Below are positions 26,149 to 39,639 of a DNA stretch of 64,000 nucleotides, piece by piece (positions within the stretch are counted from its first letter, which is position 1; every line of letters starts with the position of its first letter). A program made the translations under genes and the position numbers. Under the pieces are notes generated by a model, which saw only the letters and a program-made list of their open reading frames with translations, was not told where the DNA came from and did not search any database. Origin of the DNA: the human T2T-CHM13v2.0 reference genome, Homo sapiens; NCBI RefSeq assembly GCF_009914755.1, contig NC_060928.1. One strand, 5' to 3'.

Positions 26149-28022
26149 GTGAGTGACTGTGGTAACTGCATGCAGATCACTGTTTTGGTAAAATAATCTC
26201 TCTCAAAGATCCCTTGAAATACTGAGGAACTGCATTTTGGTCTTTAGACTTCTGTCTCAAGCATATACCACAAAGCACGAAAGAAACATGACCTTGGGAA
26301 ATGTGGAGAAATCATATGAAAACAGAAGTAATCAATGCTAACATTTTTGCTACTGAAAAGAAATTACTAAAAATCCACCACCCACACCATGCCCACCTAG
26401 TACTGACTGTTAATCTGAAGTAATAACCTATGTTATCTAGGACTCACAGAGTCTTCAAATGTTGGCTTACCTGCTATGCTTCTGGCACAAGAAAGGAGAA
26501 TTCAAAGACTAGAACTCACCTCAAGCTTTTTTGGCTTTTAATTCAAAGAAGATAAATCAATTGCACACTGACTCACAGACTGAACTTAAGCTGGGTTGTT
26601 TTAATCCTTTAATGGCATTTGGTCAAACTTGTTACCATTTTTGAAATTTAATGTATTAGTGATTTCAGATGCTAACAGATTAAGTTGAAAGTATTACTCT
26701 ATTTTATTTGATATTTAGTGATAAGCTACTCTGTTCAATTCATATGTTGTATATTATTGGAAAGATAAGATTACAAAGGATATTAGGCAAAATTAGGTAA
26801 GGGTCAGTAATAGAGCTATTAAGCACTTCATGACTTGAGACAAGGGCAAGAGTCATGTGGTAGGAATGATGAGTACAGCATTAGTTTTAAAACTCATTGA
26901 CCAAAATTCAGTTAGGCCTTGTTGGTATTTGGGGAGTGGTTTGGGTAGAGGAAGGATGTTTTAGTAAAGGTGATATATGTAGATGGTTATGCAAATATTG
27001 GGGAACTGTAGAAAGATGACTTTGGCTAAGGATCCTGAATAGGACTGTTAGGGCACAACACTGGGGGTAGATTATAGATTGCTTTAAAGGCCAATGTAGG
27101 GAATTTGGAGTTGGCCTTATGTGCAATGGATAATTATGCAGGGCTTATGATGAAAGGGTTAATGTCATGAAAACCACTTATTGGAAAGATTAATTTGGTG
27201 GTCAGTGGTGGTTATATGAGATGAATTGGTGAGCAGAAAGAAAAGAATATTAATAAAGAAAGCAGCTGAAAATCTGTATAATTCGCTTGTAGAAAAAGTA
27301 CTAGAAAGTAATAGTAGAAAGAATAGAAATTGACCTAATAAAGAATTATGGGTACAAGAATCTAAAAGAAAGAGCTTGAGAGGCAAGGGAGATGGAGGAG
27401 TCCAGGAAAACTCTAAGTATGTGTAACAGCAGACTTCAAAGGAGCTGTTGACATAGTTTAATTGGGGAGTACTCTCATGATCAGTGTCTTGGAAGAGTAA
27501 GGGAAAAGTAGATTGGGGCATAGCCCTAAGTTCAACTACTGCTATGCAAACAAAGGCCCCAGCCAATCCCATAGGGAGTTCCGGAACTGGGATGTTCCTT
27601 TGAGTTGTCCAGAATGGAGACAAGCTGAAACACTGTACTTGTGCACGGGCCAGTCATTGGATTTGGACAAATCTTTGGGAGAAGAGGTATGATCTTGGAC
27701 AAGGTCCACCAAAGTCCACCATTGTCAGCCTGGATCAGTACTGCAGCTGGGAACTTTTACCCTCCAAAACATGCAGCAACTGGGGGATGAGTGCATCTTT
27801 CCTAAAGGGAGTGGAACTGGGCCCTATATCACAACATCCACAACAAGAAGTCAAGAAGGGGAGCTTATTTTGGGGGTAGGGAGGATGTTAAATTTGGTTT
27901 TAGACATTTTATATTTGGGATTATGGCAAGAAAATTAGTTGGAAATATTTGTTAGATGTGTAAGACTATATAATAATCATAATCATCTTCAATTTACAGA
28001 GAATTTTCTCTTAATTTTTTAG

Positions 28023-28184
28023 GCCTTAACAGTACATGACAATTTGGCTATGAAAATTTGCAATGAGATCTTAACAAGTCCGTGCTCGCCAGAAATTCGA
28101 GTCTATACAAAAGCCTTGAGTTCTTTAGAACTCAGTAGCCATCTTGCAAAAGATCTTCTGGTTCTATTGAATGAGATTCTGGAG
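28023..28184 (+). CDS. NCAPG: NCAPG exon 17
   Basis: tttag|GCCTTA ... GAG|gtaaag; ALTVHDNLAMKICNEIL...NEILE. Confidence 0.96.
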
Positions 28185-28417
28185 GTAAAGTAGTTTCTCA
28201 TTACTCTAAATTAGTTTGTGTTTATATTTATACATGTAGAATTTACATGGTTGTATTAGATTATACATATGTTAGCATATTGTGACTTATTTGAAGTATT
28301 TTCTTCATAAATTTCATATAATTTAGTGTTTTTAAACAACTTGATATGTATTGGTACTATTTTCAAAGATTAGGGAATGCGGTGTTTACAAAATGTTAAT
28401 AATGTTTTCTTTTATAG

Positions 28418-28556
28418 CAAGTAAAAGATAGGACATGTCTGAGAGCTTTGGAGAAAATCAAGATTCAGTTAGAAAAAGGAAATAAAGAATTTGGTGACCA
28501 AGCTGAAGCAGCACAGGATGCCACCTTGACTACAACTACTTTCCAAAATGAAGATG
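28418..28556 (+). CDS. NCAPG: NCAPG exon 18
   Basis: tatag|CAAGTA ... GATG|gtaatc; QVKDRTCLRALEK...FQNED. Confidence 0.96.
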
Positions 28557-28953
28557 GTAATCACATACTGAACAGAATATTTATAAGGTTCTGTTTTTTT
28601 TTTTCCATCTTTACTGAGACATATTTTTTTCTACTCTAACATGTTTGGTTGGACATCAGAAATGAATGAAAATTTTTTTCTAATTAATCCTCTTGGGAAA
28701 GAGCATTACTGATAAATGTTTATTCTGCTTTTCAAGTGTTTTTTGGCATGCATTTCTCAACATATGACCATCTTTTTAAGAGTTTTGCTTCTTTTTCCAA
28801 TATTCAAATTTTCGAAAGGGTGATTTATAACTTTTCACTAGCTGCTAGAAGGACTTTGTCATTTCAGTTTTATAAAAACTGGTCTTAAAAAGACAATTTA
28901 AAATATTTCATGAGGTTATCTTATTTATATTGTTGTATTATTCCCTTTAATAG

Positions 28954-29040
28954 AAAAGAATAAAGAAGTATATATGACTCCACTCAGGGGTGTAAAAGCA
29001 ACCCAAGCATCAAAGTCTACTCAGCTAAAGACTAACAGAG
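28954..29040 (+). CDS. NCAPG: NCAPG exon 19
   Basis: aatag|AAAAGA ... AGAG|gtagtg; EKNKEVYMTPLRGVK...KTNR (contains CDK-consensus TPLR). Confidence 0.95.
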
Positions 29041-30656
29041 GTAGTGTGTGGATTGACCATCTTTATGATAAAAGTTTTAAATTTTATCTTCCAATGAAAA
29101 ATACTTGTTTTGCAAGTTTTCTTATCTTTGTTTCCTTAGGGATAAAGATTTTTTTTAAAATGTCTTTGGTATCCTTTCTTTTTAATTCTTTCTGTGGATG
29201 TCAGTTTTTGCCTTGTGTCTAAAGATTATAAAATCAGTGTTGCTCTTGGTGCTTTAGATTGAAAGAAGTATGATGCAAAAGATATTACAAAAGACAATTT
29301 GGGTTAAATTAAGATTTGGTTAAATGATGGTTTTATATTAGTTATTTGTGTTCTATCCTTCCTGTAACTAAGCATTTTTAAAAAATCCCTGTAGTATTTT
29401 TCTGGGCTTTGTTTTCCTTCTATTCCCATCTTATTTCATATTTTCCCAACTTATTTCCCAAGGGCTATCCAACAATAGGGGATCTGTTGGCAAAGTAAAT
29501 GCTGACTATTAGGGGGTCACTTGGAAAAAAATCTGAAATTCAAGATCTTTTTATTGTTTTATTATTTCCTCATTACAAAAGCAATGCATGCTTATTACAG
29601 AAGAATCAGAAAGTACATCCAGACAAACTACTATAAGGAACACTAATAATCCCACCCATGAGCCAACCATGATTTTGATTTTAGAAATCTATTTTTTAAG
29701 GCCCTTTTCGATGCAGATTTAATTTTTTCTAAAATGGAGTCTGGTCATAATATTGTTTTGTAACCAGTAAATTATTTAAATACCAATTGCTGGATATTGT
29801 TCCAAATTAGTCCCATATTGTTGGATGTTTTCTTGGGGATAAATGCATTAGTAAAAGCAGGTAAGGAGTAGAAAAAAGTGTAACATGAATGAAGTAGAGT
29901 ATATAATTTTCAGACTGTCACATTGAACAGTTTGGTTTTGATCAGATTTTTTTTGTGGTATATCACACCATGAGAACACCATCCTTTTTAATAGACCAAA
30001 CTTCATATATTCATATTGTTTTATTCCTTATAAATGAGAAACATCACAAGCCAAACTTTGTCTTACTCCTTAACCTTGTAAATTTCTAGTAAGTAGAATC
30101 TTATAATCCCCAGTATATAAAGGTTCTAGTTTTTACATTGAAATATATTTTAGAACACATTTGAATTGGTCATGTATGTTATTTTACAAGAAGCCATTAT
30201 TACCTTACTATGTTTTATCACCTTCCAAGAAAAAAAAAAGTTGTTTCTTTAGCACCTGTTTATGCACCTAACCTACCTTTCTAACCCTTAATTTTCATGA
30301 GTCTCCACAGACTTTGTGCTATAGCAATAATAGAGGTACTTCATTATAACACATTTTTCATATACTGTCCTCAAATACATTGAACTAAAATTTGCCTTCT
30401 TTTAACTTGCTTGAAATTTCCTTATTTTCCCTTACTCATTATTAGTGCTTACAAAATAAATTAAGTTTTAATCTTGCTTGGGTTCCTTTTTCTGTGGCAG
30501 TGATAACTGGTACCAAGATGGCTAGAACAAGTAGGAGATACATGTGTTGAAAGGATTGTTGTGTTGAAGACAAAGGATTTAGTTAGCCTAGAAACTAGAT
30601 TAAAAACAAAAAGCAACTGATAATAAATCCTGATAATGAATTATACTATCTTCAAG

Positions 30657-30726
30657 GACAGAGAAAAGTGACAGTTTCAGCTAGGACGAACAGGAGGTGT
30701 CAGACTGCTGAAGCCGACTCTGAAAG
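30657..30726 (+). CDS. NCAPG: NCAPG exon 20
   Basis: ttcaag|GACAGA ... AAAG|gtatgt; GQRKVTVSARTNRRCQTAEADSE. Confidence 0.94.
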
Positions 30727-31648
30727 GTATGTCATGCATGTCTAGAATATATGGAGGCCTATCTTCACTTTTTATTTCTACAAGTAGAAAAAAACTAATT
30801 TTCTTGCGAATGAGAGAGAATATATAACAAGATAGTGAAAACTATAAATAGCTGTCTTAGGTATATAGTCTAAAATTCCATCATCAAGAGCATTTGACTT
30901 CTTACGGCGTGTTTGCTTTTGCCTATTAGCTGGCATGGTCTTTAGTACTATCTTTAATATGTTGTTTCAATTTTTAATTACATGATGTGACTCCTCTTTG
31001 ATCTTCAGTTAGCAAACTCTTGATTTTGATAATATTTGGGTTCTCTACACTTACATACTGATAGAATAATTCTGTCTATAATTTGGGTATATTGTGTGGT
31101 AGAGTGTTTTATTTTTGGCTTCTGTCAGTCAAGCCACTGTTAGAGCTGAAAGTTGGTAGCTGTCTTGTATTCATTTGCAAAATTGTATTGTGTGTATTTT
31201 CAGTACATAGTTTTACACTGTTGATTAAATTTGTCTTTTTTGGGGGGAAACTTGTTTTTTACTATGTTTTTGGAATTTATTGCTTAAATCAAGAGAGAGA
31301 ACTTAATTTTTTTGTCACTTCTTGAGTTTCAAAGAAATCTCTTTTGGACAGTTATGGTCCTCGTTTAATTACAAGCTTCATTACAAGTTTGTGGCTTTTT
31401 TTCCTGTATAACACCAGGTTCTGTTATAGTATATAAAATCATTAGCTAGATTTTCCCTGATTCACTTTGCTAGATAGCCAAGTCAGTGTTTTTTTGACAT
31501 TGAGATTTTAGTTTTAAGCTAAGTCAATGGAATCAGGCTATCAATTAAACACTGATAGAATGTGAGTCAGAAACAAAAAAGTTTTATTTATAAATAAACT
31601 GGTTTTAAAGCTTGTATCTAAATTCGTGTATTTTCAACATCTATTTAG

Positions 31649-31772
31649 TGATCATGAAGTTCCAGAACCAGAATCAGAAATGAAGATGAGACTACCAAGA
31701 CGAGCCAAAACCGCAGCACTAGAAAAAAGTAAACTTAACCTTGCCCAATTTCTCAATGAAGATCTAAGTTAG
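31649..31772 (+). CDS. NCAPG: NCAPG exon 21, coding part to TAG stop
   Basis: tttag|TGATCA; SDHEVPEPESEMKMRLPRRAKTAALEKSKLNLAQFLNEDLS*; TAG at 31770-31772. Confidence 0.97.
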
Positions 31773-31823
31773 GAAAGACGATGGAGGTGGAATCCTTTAA
31801 GATTATGTCCAGTTATTTGCTTT

Positions 31824-31829
31824 AATAAA
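31824..31829 (+). terminator. NCAPG: Proximal polyadenylation signal of NCAPG
   Basis: AATAAA ~50 nt after the stop; ATTAAA also at 31917-31922. Confidence 0.55.
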
Positions 31830-33193
31830 GAAGAAGTTACCCTTGTCAAAATCAGAACAAACCTGATGTCTTTCTGAAGATTTTCTGCTGTGCGCTTCCA
31901 CGTTACTTTGGCCTGTATTAAAGCAGTAGAGCAGCATCAGTTATTATAGTCCAGAAAAAGTGTGCATCAGTCAGTCACACAGATTTATCACAATCTGAGG
32001 TGGGCCTAGGAATCTCATTTTTAAATAGTCTCTCCAAGTGATTCTTATGAACTCTTTATGTTTAAAATCATGTCATTATGGAAAACTTACAAGTGTAACT
32101 AGCTAGTAGCTTGCATTTGAGAAGCTTATGACTTAGATGGGCAGAATCAACAAAGATGAAACCGCCTGAGGACACATTTAACAAGTAACATTTCTAGGGA
32201 AAATGAAGGAAGTACCACAAACTGGCTAGAAAGGAGCTTATCAATCACCAGTGAGGAAGACCAGTATAACGTTCAACAACAGTTATTTTGACAAAAACTT
32301 ATTTTGTGATTCCTACAGTGAAAACATTTTTGGTGATATCTGCCTGGGAAATCTCTCTTCCTAAAGTATTTGTATATGGGAGTCCTTGTTTGTGAATGTT
32401 TCCTGGATTAGGGAGGTGTCAACATAAATGTATTATTAACCATGAAGCTGCTCGCTATATTTTTGGCATAACAAAATAATATTTATTTACTGTGGATAAT
32501 AATTCTAGTGGGAATATAATGTGACAGGAACTTCTCTTTATATACGCTACCAATTTATGAGCACTATTCACTGTCAATTTCATTTCTTGTCTTTTGAAAT
32601 TGACACTTGGCCTGACTTACGAAACTTGTACTATATGAAATTGGTCCTCTTTTCTGCAATACCCAACGAAACACCTTTTCTCTTTATTATTCAGAAATGT
32701 CCTAACATGGATCTGTTTGTTTTAATAATTGTGCTTTTTTTAGGCTTATCATCTACTAGAGGCCATTTACTTAAGGTGAAATTTTAAGATGGAGCTAAAG
32801 TAAGATCACTGGTTTTTAGAACCAAATTGCTATACATATGTGCCTCATAGAACTTATAAAAGGAGTCAAAGTTTCAAAGCAAGATAGTTATTAAGCAAAA
32901 GGAAAAATGGTAATGATAGAAAGTCAGTTAAAAATAGATGATTGTTCTTCATTCTGTTTGTTGGCTCTGTGTTCTCCTGTGCTTCAGATTCCTTATGTGT
33001 TGTTGTTTTAAAGACAATTTGCAGGGGGTTGGGAGAAGGACTGAAAAGGTACATTAAGTGTGCTGTAAGGAAAAGTCTTAGAAACATAATAAGCTAAAAT
33101 CCCATTCACACATGGCCAGGCTATCCAAAAAGAAAGGAGCCATGTTCTCATGTGGTTTACCATACCAAAGCTTGCTTTCTCTGGCATGGGAAA

Positions 33194-33199
33194 AATAAA
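33194..33199 (+). terminator. NCAPG: Distal polyadenylation signal of NCAPG (3' UTR ~1.4 kb)
   Basis: AATAAA followed by CA and a T/G-rich downstream tract; position fits my recollection of the long NCAPG 3' end. Confidence 0.6.
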
Positions 33200-34066
33200 T
33201 TTAAGCACCAAACCTTTAGTATTCTGAGTATTCAGTTTTTAGACATAGTCATGTAGCCATTGCTGAAACTGTGCTTTGCACTATTAAAGGTAGGGAATGT
33301 CCTGCTTTTAAAAGTCATCCCTTTAACTTTAAAATAAAAGGCTAAGGTACAATAAAACAGATGTAAATCCATTTACCATTTTTCATTCAAAACTGGTAAC
33401 TTACAGAAACCACATAGTATTTTTCTCTATCAAGAGGCACAGATTTGCTGAACAGTAAACATGCAATTGTGCCATTGCTCTTAAAGCCCACAGACTTAGA
33501 TTTAAAATACAGAGAAAGAACTGATAAGCTCACATTTTCCTGTGAATGGGAAACATGCTACTTGACAAAAAGCTATGATCAACTTTTTTTCTTCTGTACA
33601 TATATAACGTTGAAGGAGATTTACTTCTAAGAGATACCTTTGCCTTTTCTTTCACCAATTTGCTTCGAGGTAGTTGGTATCCACCTGTTTTACAACTGCT
33701 CATGGGTCAGGTTATCATCACAAATCTTTACAATACTAGCTTTATAAATCACAATGTGTTATATATTAAAACTTTGTGCACAGAAATAAAACTAGGGACA
33801 ATTACGTATTTAAACTTAGGGCATAAAAAATTCACATAATACCACTAAAAGAGAAACATCAAAATCCGTTTACAAAATTCCACAATGATCTGATGTAAAA
33901 CATGTAAAAAAACATATAAAGAATATAATCAAAATGATTAATGCTAATGATTTAATATAAAGACAAATCACAGGACTAGAAATACTTCAAGATCAATTGA
34001 TAAATGCTTATTGTTCAGAAGGAATACTGACATACAAAATAAAGATAGTGCAAGAAGAACTGCAAT

Positions 34067-34247
34067 CTATTTCTCTTCGCTTTTGAGATTTTGGTTATGA
34101 ACTGTACAGCTCGTTAGAGATGCTGTTGTCAAATTCAGATTCCATTCAATGGGACGATTAAGGCACATCTTAATGGGGCTCAAAGGGCAACTTGCTGTAT
34201 TCTCATCAGACACATTCAGTTTCTCATCAGTTTTCACTTGTAGCATG
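34067..34247 (-). CDS. LCORL: LCORL terminal exon, coding part in the short-isoform frame
   Basis: Minus-strand acceptor ctttttcttccag|CATGCTA; (S)MLQVKTDEKLNVSDENTASCPLSPIKMCLNRPIEWNLNLTTASLTSCTVHNQNLKSEEK*, recognised as an LCORL isoform C-terminus. Confidence 0.85.
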
Positions 34248-36708
34248 CTGGAAGAAAAAGTGTAAGGCATTTTAGTTTTACTTTAATTTCAAAGTAATTA
34301 TCAACCTTGTAAAAGAACATTTAGTTGTAGTAGTGTTTGGACCTCTAAATTTTAGCATACATAAAGCATTTATCCTGAAAATACAACAGTTTTCTCTCCC
34401 GCCTACTTACTGAACTAAATACAATGAATAATGCCATGTAACCTGTGTAACTTGAGAAGTTACATATGACTGAAAAAGTAACATTGCATATATGGATTAC
34501 ATCAGTATACATCAGAAATTATTTAACCTTGTGAGCCTGGTAGGATTCAACCCTTTTAACTTGCCCTTTTGTGGATCAGAATGAGAGCCACTTTGAGAAA
34601 AAAAAGGGATCAACATTTGTTGAATGCCTATTACGTTCTAGCCACCTTCACATGTATTGTCTCATCTGAATTTTGCAAAAGCCAAGTAAGGTTGGTATGC
34701 TTATCCTCATAGTAAACAATAAAATCAAGACTCTGAGAGTTAAGTACAAATATGCCTGAGGTCATACAGTCACCTGCCTGGAACTGGAATACAGCCCTTT
34801 CTCTTTTCCTTATGCTTGTCTACTAAGCTCTCTGATGAGGCTGGAAAAACATCAGGAATTAAACTTATGGCCAGCTCATCAGAGGAGCATGCGGCATCCA
34901 CAGGATACTCTGGTTGTTTTTTCTGTTGAAAAAAATTTCCAAGAATTTTTTACATTGATGGGAAAGTTGGCTTATTTGGCTTTACATTAGGTTGGTCAGA
35001 TCTCTTCAACATTATTCTTTAATATACACCCTCTGTTCTGGACTGGTGTCTTATTCCACAAGTTCATGAGCACAGTCCTGTCTGTTCCTAAATGTTCCCA
35101 CATAGGGAACCTTGCTCACCACTCTGCTTAACCAAACCTTTACCCATGCCTAATCCAATCTCACATCTCTGAACTTGCTCTCAGTAAAACATTGCATTGG
35201 ATTGTGAACTATTTGGGGTTCTCCACTATTGTTTCATGTCTAATAGTCTGATAACCCCCTCTAGATCAGAAGGAAAGGATGGTAACATTCTTTTCTCTGT
35301 GAAGATAAGCACAGTGCTAAATACACAGTAATTACTCAAAAATTCAATAAACATTTATAAAAAGCCTGTTGTGAAACATCTGGAGCAGAGTGCTACTCTT
35401 CAGAATCACAGACACGTGACAGTCAAAAGGGGAGCTAGTCCACTCTGTGTAATGAATACGCCATCCCTAGTTTTAAATATTACTTATAGTCCACATATTC
35501 AGATGTGAATCCTTATGTTTATAAACTATTCAACAGCTCTCTAATTCACTTGACATTTAACTATGGTTAGTTCATTTGAACTACATCATTCCTAAACTTC
35601 CTCCAACTGTAGCTCTACAAGTCTTCCTATTAGCAATGAGGTTCAGGGTCTCATATTTAAGTGACTTGGTAGAGTTGGGAAATGGGAGCGTCCAGACTCC
35701 AGTAGATCTGTCCTTGCAACCTCAACCAACCAACTCATATGCCATTCAATAAGCTAAATCCGTTATATCCTGTTTTACCACCACTAACATATCTAACTGC
35801 ATTCTCCCCAAACAGTCCCAGTCCCACAGAATACAGTTTCAATTTGTATAAATAGATACTAGACAAAATGACAAACTACCAGGTAGCTTAGTATGCATCA
35901 ATAGTAGTAAACCACTTTTTTGAAAAGCTAAAACGGATGTGATTAAAAAATAATATAATTAAAGTATATGTGACAAAGAGATCCAAAGTACAGTATTTTC
36001 ATACATATTAGAAATGATAACTGAATTTAGAAAAAATTTACATTATTATTAAAATGTCCTCAGGGACCTCATTTTTGTTTTTCAAGTTAGCAAAACTCAG
36101 ATAAAGCCATTTCCTTCCTCCAAGGACTGCTAGTCTTCATATTTGTATTGCTTGTATTTTCAAAGCAAAAGTTTGATGTACACCTTTTTGAGAAACTCTA
36201 AGGCAAGCTATAAAAACACAATTATATTAATCAAGATAGCTTGGTAGGCAAGTATAGTAAGTATTAAACTCCAAAAAATAAAATGAAGGCATAGAACAAA
36301 TAATCATGGTCACAAATAAAAACAAATTTTGTTTTGTTTGCTATTTGACTAAGGTGTTTTCACCAGAGAAGAATACTTTAATAAACTACATGATTTTCCT
36401 TTTCAAAAACATACGGCGGTTTTCTTAAGTAACTTTTCTAGAATGGTATAGTATAAATTTGGGTACACAGATCCCACAGGTGCACAAAACTATACTTATG
36501 TATGGGAAGAAAATGTCAGTTTTGAAAAAAACCTAAATTTACTAATATACAGCTTGACATTTAATTCATATATACTTAAAAAACAGTGGATATGCAAAGT
36601 TTGGGCAGTACTGCTCTACAGAATTCTTAGAATACAGCTATCTTAGGAAGTGCTGGAACCAGGGGCATTAGAACATTACAGCTAGAAAGTATCTTTCTAG
36701 ATGTTTGC

Positions 36709-36889
36709 TTTTTGAGACAGCGTCTTGCTCTGTGGCCCAGGTTGGAGTGCAGTGGCACCATCATGGCTCACTGCAGCCTCCAACTCCTGTGCTCAAGCAA
36801 TCCTTCTGCCTCAGCCTTCTGAGTAGCTGAGACTACAAGTGTGTGCCACCACACCCAAATAATTTTTAAATTTTTTTGAAGAGACAGGG
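36709..36889 (-). mobile_element. AluJ right arm only, truncated by the adjacent L1
   Basis: Antisense Alu stops at ...gaagagacaggg where the L1 5' end begins. Confidence 0.85.
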
Positions 36890-37155
36890 CTGGAGCCAAG
36901 ATGGCCAAATAGGAACAGCTCAGGTCTACAGCTCCCAGCGTGAGCGACGCAGAAGACGAGTGATTTCTGCATTTCCATCTGAGGTACCAGGTTCATCTCA
37001 CTAGGGAGTGCCAGACAGTGGGCGCAGGACAGCGGGTGCAGTGCACCGTGTGCGAGCCGAAGCAGGGCGAGGCATTGCCTCACTCGGGAAGCGCAAGGGG
37101 TCAGGGAGTTCCCTTTCCTAGTCAAAGAAAGGGGTGACAGACGGCACCTGGAAAA

Positions 37156-37338
37156 TCAGGTCACTCCCACCCCAATACTGTGCTTTTCCGACGGGCTTAA
37201 AAAACGGCACACCAGGAGATTATATCCCACACCTGGCTCGGAGGGTCCTACGCCCACAGAGTCTCGCTGATTGCTAGCACAGCAGTCTGAGATCAAACTG
37301 CAAGGCAGCAGCGAGGCTGGGGGAGGGGCGCCCACCAT
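37156..37338 (-). pseudogene. LINE-1 ORF0, truncated to 60 aa by CGA>TGA
   Basis: MVGAPPPASLLPCSLISDCCASNQRDSVGVGPSEPG...VGVT* matches the primate L1 ORF0 peptide (71 aa in L1Hs). Confidence 0.85.
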
Positions 37339-37950
37339 TGCCCAGGCTTGCTTAGGTAAACAAAGCAGCTGGGAAGCTCGAACTGGGTGGAGCCCACCAC
37401 AGCTCAAGGAGGCCTGCCTGCCTCTGCAGGCTCCACCTCTGGGGGCAGGGCACAGACAAACAAAAAGACAGCAGAAACCTCTGCAGACTTAAATGTCCCT
37501 GTCTGACAGCTTTGAAGAGAGCAGTGGTTCTCCCAGCATGCAGCTGGAGATCTGAGAACGGGCAGACTGCCTCCTCAGGTGGGTCCCTGACCCCCGAGCA
37601 GCCTAACTGGGAGGCACCCCCCAGTTGGGGCAGACTGACACCTCACACGGCCGGGTACTCCTCTGAGACAAAACTTCCAGAGGAACAATCAGACAGCAGC
37701 ATTCGCGGTTCACGAAAATCTGCTGTTCTGCAGCCACCGCTGCTGTTACCCAGGCAAACAGGGTCTGGAGTGGACCTCTAGCAAACTCCAACAGACCTGC
37801 AGCTGAGGGTCCTGTCTGTTAGAAGGAAAACTAACAAACAGAAAGGACATCCACACCAAAAACCCATCTGTAAATCACCATCATCAAAGACCAAAAGTAG
37901 ATAAAACCACAAAGATGGGGAAAAAACAGCAGAAAAACTGGAAACTCTAA

Positions 37951-39419
<1,469 letters not shown>

Positions 39420-39639
39420 ACAGTGAGAACACATGGACACAGGAAGGGGAACATCACACTCTGGGGACTGTTGTGGGGTGGGGGGAGGGGGGAGGGATAG
39501 CTTTAGGAGATATACCTAATGCTAAATGACGAGTTAATGGGTGCAGCACACCAGCATGGCACATGTATACATATGTAAGAAACCTGCATGTTGTGCACAT
39601 GTACCCTAAAACTTAAAGTATAATAATAAAAAAAAAATC

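Larger units (their letters stand above)
29535..34066 (-). other. LCORL: LCORL long 3' UTR, antisense to NCAPG 3' UTR and exons 20-21 (distal end approximate)
   Basis: Largely repeat-free stretch downstream of the LCORL stop; tandem minus-strand AATAAA (TTTATT at 29550 and 29558 on +); tail-to-tail overlap of NCAPG and LCORL is known. Confidence 0.6.

Noticed and set aside
27500-27850. GC-richer island in NCAPG intron 16 overlapping a 152-aa minus-strand ORF
   Set aside because: It looks like an old LTR fragment within L2 sequence; the family cannot be called by eye and the ORF has no protein-like features.
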